From Candidatus Latescibacterota bacterium (GTDB lineage: Bacteria; Latescibacterota; UBA2968), in NCBI GenBank assembly GCA_038279365.1, contig JAYODI010000150.1:1-6784 (forward strand): DNA of 6,784 nucleotides, read 5' to 3'. Positions 1 to 5,635 of the stretch are shown here, one piece after another. Numbering within the stretch: position 1 is the stretch's first letter; every line of letters begins with the position of its first letter. The notes beneath the pieces are model-generated. The model was given only the letters and a program-made list of their open reading frames with translations. It made no database searches and was not told where the DNA came from. The position numbers and the translations under genes are program-made.

Positions 1-6
1 AGACTT

Positions 7-570
7 GTGACGGTGTTTTTTTTGTTTTTTGTGGGGTGTCAGCCAAGTGAGCGGTCGGGTGAGGTTGAGCGGGATTTGACGCTTGAGAAGGAGGCGATGC
101 CGATTGGGGGCGATTTTACGCTGACCGATCAAGATGGCCAACCTTTTCGGCTTTTGGATCAGACGCAGCCGGTGTTGTTGTTTTTTGGCTATGCAACGTG
201 CCCCGATTTTTGCCCGCAGACATTGGCGCGGTTGGCACAGGTTTATGAGGCGTTGGGTGAAGATGGTAAGGATGTGTTGACGGTGTTTGTGAGTGTGGAC
301 ACCAAGCGCGATACACCCAGTGTATTGAAGGCGTATTTGGCACATTTTGATATGCCTGTGGTTGGGCTTACTGGGTCACAAGAAGATGTAGACGCAGTGG
401 TGAAGCAGTATGCGGGGTTTTATGAGGTGCGCGATGAAGGCTCTGCAGCTGGGTATTTAATTGATCACTCGCTTTATATTTATGTGATTGATCGAGATGG
501 AGGTGTGCGGTTTTTGTTGCGATCAACCGATTCGGTAGCGGATATTGCGACGGTGATGAAGCAGTTGTAA
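7..570 (+). CDS. SCO1/SenC family copper-binding protein (thioredoxin fold), probable lipoprotein; 5' end probably lies upstream of the window
   Basis: Translation has GGDFTLTDQDG, LLFFGYATCPDFCP (CxxxC copper motif), VFVSVDTKRDTP and the conserved His in YLIDHS. The N-terminus has a hydrophobic stretch and lipobox-like FVGC. The frame is open back to position 1 (AGA CTT GTG = R-L-V), so the GTG at 7 may not be the real start. Confidence 0.93.
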   Translation: MTVFFLFFVGCQPSERSGEVERDLTLEKEAMPIGGDFTLTDQDGQPFRLLDQTQPVLLFFGYATCPDFCPQTLARLAQVYEALGEDGKDVLTVFVSVDTKRDTPSVLKAYLAHFDMPVVGLTGSQEDVDAVVKQYAGFYEVRDEGSAAGYLIDHSLYIYVIDRDGGVRFLLRSTDSVADIATVMKQL

Positions 571-594
571 GCATCAATCAGATATAAAATGGTG

Positions 595-629
595 TGGCCT
601 GTCTTTACAAATGAGACAGGCCATTTTTT
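595..629 (+). terminator. Intrinsic terminator of the SCO gene, possibly bidirectional between the convergent genes
   Basis: Perfect 10-bp stem TGGCCTGTCT (595-604) / AGACAGGCCA (614-623), 9-nt loop, followed by TTTTTT (624-629). It lies between stop codons at 570 (+) and 637 (-). The U-tract on the - strand is weaker (CACCATTTT). Confidence 0.85.
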
Positions 630-636
630 GTGGGAA

Positions 637-3519
637 TCAGTTGCCAAAAGCACTGCCAAAGATGATGAAATCTGGAAAGGAGACTTGGCCATCGCCATTG
701 AGGTCATAATTGGGATCATTTGAACCGAATGCGGCGGCAAAGATGATGAAGTCTGAGAAATCGACTTTGCCATCGGTGTTGAAGTCGGGGGTGATATTTT
801 TGGGTTGGATAAACATAAATACGAATCCGTCGGCTTGATTCCCTTTACCATCGTCTATGCGATAGGTAAATCGATCTGTGCCTGTGGCATTGGCTTTTGG
901 GGTGTATCGAATTTGGGTTCCGTTTAAGATTTCAATGGTTTGGCTTTTGGCACCTTGGGTGGTGCTCACGATTCGCAATGTTTCGTTTGTTAAGGGACGG
1001 TCATTTTCAAGAACTGAAATGTCGATATGTTGGTCTTGCTTAACTTGGGCTGTATCAGACACTGTAATTGGAACTTCTCGTTTGATGTGCATGAGAAAAT
1101 CCATATTGGCAGTGCCATCGGATGTGTTGCTTGCTGTAATAATAAGATTGTTGTGATCTCCCCAAGGTCTGGGTGTGAGAGTGAGCAGTGTATCCTGTAT
1201 GGTTGCGGTGATACCTTGAAACCCGCTAATAAAAGATACTTTGGCTTTGTAGATTAGAATACCCCCTGTGGGATCTTGAAACAATTGAGGGTCGTGGTTT
1301 AAGTTGATGGTGATGGGTGGGCTGTTTTGAGAAATAATTAAATCGGGCATTTGCCAAGTGACTTTTGGCCACTGATCTGTACCGATCATTTGTGCGGCAT
1401 TGTTGAGAATTTCTGGTACGTTATCGATAACCCACCCTGAAGATATTTTAATTAATTGGATTTTAATGGGGACTGGTGGTCGGTCAATGAATGGTTGTGT
1501 TTGGGGGGTTGGATTTCTCGTAGCACCAAAAAACATGTGTGCATCAATTTGTGCGATATCTTCTTGTTCTATAATATTCTCAAGTGATATTTTAAAACGC
1601 ACATTTGTTTGCAACTGCCAAAGCGAGAGTGGGTCATAGTTTCGACGCAGGGCTCGAATTGCGTTTTCGGGCATTTTTAGTGATAGAGACGATAGATATT
1701 GATAACCTTGGCGATATCCACCTAAGGTATCGACGGTGACGGGGCCGGTTATGGCGATGAGGTCACGGTTCCAAAGTTTCTTTTCGAATTCATAAAAGAG
1801 CATTTCAGGTGTTGGTATACCTATTTGTGGTGCAGGATCGTTAATTCTTACGCCAAACTGTGTACTTGCCGATTGACCGATGGAATCGGTGCCTGTGACT
1901 TGGATGGTGGTGAGACCCGCTTTTTGACCTGTAAGGGTGAGTTGATAACCGTTGATGGTGGGAATGACAATGGTGCTGTCTTGGCTGGTGGCACTTAGGC
2001 GAAGAGGTTCATCTTGGGGATCGTATATGACAGGGCGGGAACCTCCTAAGTCTATATTTGCGTTTTCATTTAAGAAGAATGACTGAAAGGGGATGCTGCG
2101 GTTGACAAAGGGTGGGCGGTCAATGACGGTGATCAAAACTTGTGCGGTAGCGGTGCCCCCTTTGCCATCGGATATGGTGTATGAAAATTGATCTTCGCCT
2201 TCGTAGTTAGGTAATGGGCGATAGTGAATGGTGCCATTGTCGTTGATGACCACACGTTCGCTGTGCGTGCCTTGAGTGGTGGTCGTGACAGTGAGTGGGT
2301 CACCTTCATTGTCGTAGTCATTACGTAAGACATAGACATTGATACGGCTGTTGGGTTTGACTTCTACCGTATCGGGAATGGCAATGGGTGCTGTTTTGGG
2401 TGGGGGCGGACGTTGGGGTTGATAGAATTTTGAAATGGTGTCGAGTAAAACAGGGCGGGTAACAATTTGATGGATGTTCGTGATGCTGCGAATGCTGTGG
2501 TTTATCCGATCTGTTACATACAGGGTGTTGTTATCCAAAGCCATGCCAGAAGGATAATTTAGGGTAGCTTGTAATGGATCACCTTCTGTAAAACCCAGTT
2601 GTCCTGTGCCACTGACGATGGAATAGATGTTGTTTTCAAGTTTTAAAATTTGGTTGTGCCAACTGTCGGAAACATAAAATGCGCCATTTGCATCTCTGAC
2701 GATATCGCTGGGGCTGTTGAGTGGGGTAAGATTGTTTTTGGTGGGGCCAATGGTTGTGATGATGCCTGTTTGTGCATCTACTTTTCGGATACGGTGATTG
2801 CTTCTGTCTACAATATAGATATCACCTGTATCCGTAACCCAAACCGCTGATGGATAAGCCAAGCTGGCTTGTGTGGCAAGGCTATCATCGCCGGAATAAC
2901 CATATTGACCTGTGCCAGCGACAGTCGTGATGATGCCTGTTTGTATATCTATTTTTCGAATGCAGTTGTTTTTGGTGTCGGCGACAAATATGTTGCCTGT
3001 GTTGGTGACAAATACATCTTGGGGATGCCAAAACGTTGCTTGTGTGGCGGGGCCACCATCACCTGAATAACCATCTATACCGGTGCCAGCAATGGTTGTG
3101 ATGACATTGGTTTGTGCGTCTACTTTTCGGATGCGGTTGTTTTCTGTGTCTGCGATAAAGAGGTTGTTATTGGCATCTATGAAAACACCCAACGGTGCGC
3201 CCAATTCGGCTTGGGTTGCTTGGTTGTTGTTGCCACTATATCCGTGACCACCATTGCCTGCAACGGTTGTGATGATGCCTGTTTGTGGGTTGATTTTGCG
3301 AATGCGCTGATTGTGTGAGTCGGCAATATAAACATTGCCTGCTTGATCAACAGCAAGGCCTTGAGGATAGTTTATTTGGGCTTGTGTTGCGGCTTGGTCA
3401 TCTCCATTATAACCCAATGAGCCAGTTCCTGATAGAGTGATCAGTTGTGGCTCTGATGTTTGTGCCATTGCCGAGTTGAAATGAATGCTGAAAAAGAAAC
3501 AAATTAAAAACCAATACAT
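637..3519 (-). CDS. Secreted multidomain protein: signal peptide, six NHL repeats (beta-propeller), Big_9/tandem-95 and cadherin-like Ig domains, unassigned central domain, C-terminal dockerin-like double EF-hand
   Basis: 960-aa ORF with GAGG (3525-3528) before the ATG and a signal peptide ending AMA|Q. Repeats of form P-x-G/D-x-x-x-D-x-x-G-N-x-Y/F-I-A-D-x-x-N-x-R-I-R-K occupy aa ~27-347. VLRNDYDNEGDPLTV...YRPLPNYEGEDQFSYTISDGKGG and VLEND...YTPKANATGTDRFTYRIDDGKG are Big_9-like. The protein ends DFNTDGKVDFSDF...DLNGDGQVSFPDF. Confidence 0.9.
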   Translation of the reverse strand: MYWFLICFFFSIHFNSAMAQTSEPQLITLSGTGSLGYNGDDQAATQAQINYPQGLAVDQAGNVYIADSHNQRIRKINPQTGIITTVAGNGGHGYSGNNNQATQAELGAPLGVFIDANNNLFIADTENNRIRKVDAQTNVITTIAGTGIDGYSGDGGPATQATFWHPQDVFVTNTGNIFVADTKNNCIRKIDIQTGIITTVAGTGQYGYSGDDSLATQASLAYPSAVWVTDTGDIYIVDRSNHRIRKVDAQTGIITTIGPTKNNLTPLNSPSDIVRDANGAFYVSDSWHNQILKLENNIYSIVSGTGQLGFTEGDPLQATLNYPSGMALDNNTLYVTDRINHSIRSITNIHQIVTRPVLLDTISKFYQPQRPPPPKTAPIAIPDTVEVKPNSRINVYVLRNDYDNEGDPLTVTTTTQGTHSERVVINDNGTIHYRPLPNYEGEDQFSYTISDGKGGTATAQVLITVIDRPPFVNRSIPFQSFFLNENANIDLGGSRPVIYDPQDEPLRLSATSQDSTIVIPTINGYQLTLTGQKAGLTTIQVTGTDSIGQSASTQFGVRINDPAPQIGIPTPEMLFYEFEKKLWNRDLIAITGPVTVDTLGGYRQGYQYLSSLSLKMPENAIRALRRNYDPLSLWQLQTNVRFKISLENIIEQEDIAQIDAHMFFGATRNPTPQTQPFIDRPPVPIKIQLIKISSGWVIDNVPEILNNAAQMIGTDQWPKVTWQMPDLIISQNSPPITINLNHDPQLFQDPTGGILIYKAKVSFISGFQGITATIQDTLLTLTPRPWGDHNNLIITASNTSDGTANMDFLMHIKREVPITVSDTAQVKQDQHIDISVLENDRPLTNETLRIVSTTQGAKSQTIEILNGTQIRYTPKANATGTDRFTYRIDDGKGNQADGFVFMFIQPKNITPDFNTDGKVDFSDFIIFAAAFGSNDPNYDLNGDGQVSFPDFIIFGSAFGN
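2479..3441 (-). repeat. Intragenic NHL repeat array (6 units; the first four at a 57-aa/171-nt period)
   Basis: Blade prolines at aa 52, 109, 166, 223, 270 and 323. DNA similarity is retained, e.g. AATGGTTGTGATGATGCCTGTTTGTGCATCTACTTTTCGGAT from 2749 versus AATGGTTGTGATGACATTGGTTTGTGCGTCTACTTTTCGGAT from 3091 (offset 342 = 2 x 171). Confidence 0.9.
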
Positions 3520-3565
3520 ATTTGCCTCTGATTTTTTGAATAAAAAAAGTTCCGACTTGCTAATA

Positions 3566-3595
3566 ATAATACCCTATATGTGGATAGACAGGCAA
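3566..3595 (-). promoter_or_regulatory. Candidate sigma70-type promoter for the 960-aa gene
   Basis: On the - strand TTGCCT (3595-3590), an 18-nt spacer and TATTAT (3571-3566), about 46 nt upstream of the ATG and preceded by AT-rich sequence. The region is very AT-rich, so chance matches are likely. Confidence 0.4.
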
Positions 3596-3786
3596 TATAT
3601 TTTATTTAATAAACTTAATGAAATAAAGAATTAAAATCTGTACGTACTTTGTGAAATTTTGTAGGTACTTTTGCTTACAAAAGCAAAAAACGCTGTAATA
3701 TTGATTGAATATTTCATGTATTTATTAGGATTAAGGTTTTTATAAATATATAGTTAATAGAATTTTTTTACGTAAACATAAATTTA

Positions 3787-3827
3787 TACAAAACAGTCTG
3801 AAGCAAATAACCTCAGACCGTTTTGTA
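3787..3827 (-). terminator. Intrinsic terminator downstream of the DUF4038-type gene
   Basis: On the - strand TACAAAACGGTCTGAGG-ttatttg-CTTCAGACTGTTTTGTA, a 17-bp inverted repeat whose two mismatches are G-U wobbles only in the - strand RNA. The GC core is followed by TTTTGTAT and starts 4 nt after the stop codon at 3832. Confidence 0.85.
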
Positions 3828-3831
3828 GGAT

Positions 3832-5250
3832 TTACACTTTGGTGATTCTCAACGCCATAAATGGTTTGCTGGGTACTTCAAGATCAAATGTGCCACTGAA
3901 GGTGCCGTCAACGGGGGTGGTGGTCATTTCCCACGTGTCGATGATTTCGATTTTGAATGAGATGTCTTCGGGCAGTTTGAGGGGTTTAACTGCAGATTGG
4001 TGTGGGCCGAGGTAGGCGAGGTAATATTGGTTGGGAATGCCAGCCGCGGCAATGCCAATGTTGACGGGGTCGATGGGGCCGGGGCCTGCTTCCATAATGT
4101 CGCGTAGAAATTGAATGCGTTTGGGGCTGGTGCCGTGAAGCACGCCGCCTTTGCTCCACCAGAGAATGTCGTCGGGGTGCAGGTAGGTTTCGCCGTGGCC
4201 CACGTAACCGCCACTTGCAAACCCGCTCCAAAAGCGTTTGGTGAGTTCTTGGCCTGTGATATTGCCCCAGCCTTGGTGAACGTTGCCTTCGTAACAACAT
4301 TCGTCGTCTACGGCGGGTTTGTTGTATTGGTTTCGCCAGGTGGGCGATTGGCCGGGGTCGGGGCGTTGAATGCTGCTGTGGGTGACCCAGGGTTTGTTGT
4401 GGTCATAAAATTGGCGGCAGTTGTGAATGCCACGCAGGTGTTGAACGGGGTCGTGGGTTTGCACGATGCGGAAGAAGCGGTCCCAGTCTTGTTCGGTTTT
4501 GGCTTTCATGAGGTCGTATTCGTTGGCGAAGGACCACCAGATGTTTCGGTAGGCGGCGAGGCGGGCGACGGTGTATTTGAGGTAGCGGTCGTCGGTTTCG
4601 GCGTCCATTTCTTTGAAGCCCCAGCGGTCGTAGGGGTGAAAGAGAATGAGGTCGGCTTCGATGTTGAGGTCGCGTAGGTCGGCAATTCGTTTTTCGAGGT
4701 GGTGCCAGAAGGCGGGGTTGAAACGTGTAAAGTCCCAACCGGTTTCGGGGGTGCCTTCGAAGGGGTAATATTCGGGTTCGTTGCGGTTGTAGGAGTAGTG
4801 TTTGGGGAAGACACACATTCTGATTTTGTTGAAGGGGCCGTCTTTGAGGGTGGCGAGGGTTTGCTCTTCGAGGGTGTCGCCTTGGTGGTTCCAAACGTAA
4901 CAGGTGGTGCCAAAGGAGTAGTGAGGGGTGCCGTCTTCGTATTGGAAGTGGAAGGTTTTGTGGACGCGTACGGGGCCGTGGTTGTTGCCGGTTGCGGGGG
5001 TGACGGTGAAGGTGCCGGTTTGGTTGTTGAGGGATTCGATGTTGCTTTTTGTGGTGTAGGTCCAATCGCCTTCGGTGTCGGGCATGAAGCGGATTTTGTA
5101 GGTGCCGTTGCCGTCGTAGAAACCGTCTACGGGGACGGTGCGGTTTTTTTGTTTGAAGTCGGCGGTGAGTTGGACTTCGGTGAAGGGGTTACCTTCTTGG
5201 GGGCCGGTTAGGGTGGTTTCGAAGATGGTCCAGCGTTCTACTTGTTGCAT
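3832..5250 (-). CDS. DUF5060/DUF4038/DUF5605-type putative glycoside hydrolase (TIM barrel, apiosidase/GH140-related domain), cytoplasmic, 472 aa
   Basis: N-terminal VERWTIFE...GNPF...VDGFYDGNGTYKIRFMPDTEGDWTY (DUF5060-like); GTTCYVW, PFNKIRMCVFPK, EADLILFHPYDRWG, WWSFANEYD and DDECCYEGN in the catalytic domain; C-terminal IEIIDTWEMT...PFMALRI (DUF5605-like). Start moved from 5361 to ATG 5250 because AAAGGAGA (5265-5258) lies 7 nt upstream and the extra 37 codons are AT-rich and overlap a structured element. No signal peptide. Confidence 0.85.
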   Translation of the reverse strand: MQQVERWTIFETTLTGPQEGNPFTEVQLTADFKQKNRTVPVDGFYDGNGTYKIRFMPDTEGDWTYTTKSNIESLNNQTGTFTVTPATGNNHGPVRVHKTFHFQYEDGTPHYSFGTTCYVWNHQGDTLEEQTLATLKDGPFNKIRMCVFPKHYSYNRNEPEYYPFEGTPETGWDFTRFNPAFWHHLEKRIADLRDLNIEADLILFHPYDRWGFKEMDAETDDRYLKYTVARLAAYRNIWWSFANEYDLMKAKTEQDWDRFFRIVQTHDPVQHLRGIHNCRQFYDHNKPWVTHSSIQRPDPGQSPTWRNQYNKPAVDDECCYEGNVHQGWGNITGQELTKRFWSGFASGGYVGHGETYLHPDDILWWSKGGVLHGTSPKRIQFLRDIMEAGPGPIDPVNIGIAAAGIPNQYYLAYLGPHQSAVKPLKLPEDISFKIEIIDTWEMTTTPVDGTFSGTFDLEVPSKPFMALRITKV

Positions 5251-5328
5251 TTTCTGTTCTCCTTTGGAAAGGCAATTTTTGATTTGTTGAGTAATTAAAA
5301 AGATAATTATATTGCCTTTTTGATTGTA

Positions 5329-5508
5329 TGCCTTCGGCGACTTACTTTTTTTCAACAGCAAAAAAAAGTAAGCAAAAAATGCCGTCCCTCAGGTGCCGGG
5401 AGGGCTGATTTTCCGCAAATACCGTTTGAGGGTGCAACAGGGTATTTGGCCTGTCAGCTCAGATGTTTTTAAGAAGATCAAAGCTGGACGGAATGGTGCG
5501 GAAAATCA
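5329..5508 (-). ncRNA. Unassigned structured intergenic element (candidate ncRNA, cis-regulatory leader or non-autonomous repeat)
   Basis: Two perfect 12-bp stems (5406-5417/5497-5508 and 5341-5352/5361-5372), two nested inner stems, a 5-bp hairpin, a pseudoknot pairing that needs a G-U pair on the - strand, and a terminal GCC-GAA-GGC mini-hairpin. No family recognised with certainty. Confidence 0.55.
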
Positions 5509-5590
5509 TGATTGTTTTGGGTGATGGGTTTGTGGGCTGTTTTGTTTTTTATGTGATAGATATTAAGGTTGTAGTCCGTAGGACTTTTGT

Positions 5591-5626
5591 AATTGTAGCG
5601 AGGGAAATTATTCCCTCGCTACAATT
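5591..5626. repeat. Perfect 16-bp inverted repeat, REP-like (GTAG...CTAC core); may also act as a 3' stabilising or terminating hairpin of the dehydratase mRNA
   Basis: AATTGTAGCGAGGGAA (5591-5606), loop ATTA, TTCCCTCGCTACAATT (5611-5626), 9 nt after the stop codon at 5636. There is no proper U-tract on either strand. Confidence 0.7.
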
Positions 5627-5635
5627 CGGTACATC

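Noticed and set aside
14..30. Poly-T runs at the start of the SCO gene as a phase-variation tract
   Set aside because: They encode Phe/Leu of the signal peptide, the frame is intact, and they fit the general T-rich strand bias.
2749..3300. Recurring GTGATGATGCCTGTTTGT motif considered as a CRISPR array or DGR template/variable repeat
   Set aside because: Period is 171 nt, in frame with NHL protein repeats; differences are not adenine-specific and there is no cas or reverse transcriptase gene in the window.
116..3318. Small ORFs overlapping the SCO gene and the 960-aa gene, including 480-851 - and the Cys-rich + strand ORFs at 2650-3318
   Set aside because: Antisense or off-frame readings; the recurring Cys-rich pattern simply mirrors the NHL repeats, and 480-851 crosses a terminator.
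7..3519. Functional copper link between the SCO protein and the NHL protein
   Set aside because: Genes are convergent and separated by a terminator, and the NHL protein shows no evident copper-binding motif.
3924..5211. Long overlapping alternative-frame and antisense ORFs (e.g. 4403-5065 -, 4111-4677 +, 4699-5211 +)
   Set aside because: Pro/Arg/Thr- or Val/Gly-rich shadows of the real gene caused by skewed codon usage; no recognisable motifs.
5251..5361. 37-codon N-terminal extension of the 509-aa ORF from TTG 5361
   Set aside because: No RBS, AT-rich low-complexity translation, overlaps the structured element; ATG 5250 has a strong SD and family similarity begins there.
5341..5379. Reading the CTTACT7/A7GTAAG hairpin as an ordinary intrinsic terminator
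   Set aside because: The stem is almost all A-U and no U-tract follows on either strand; the U-run precedes the stem on the - strand, which fits a pseudoknot loop better.
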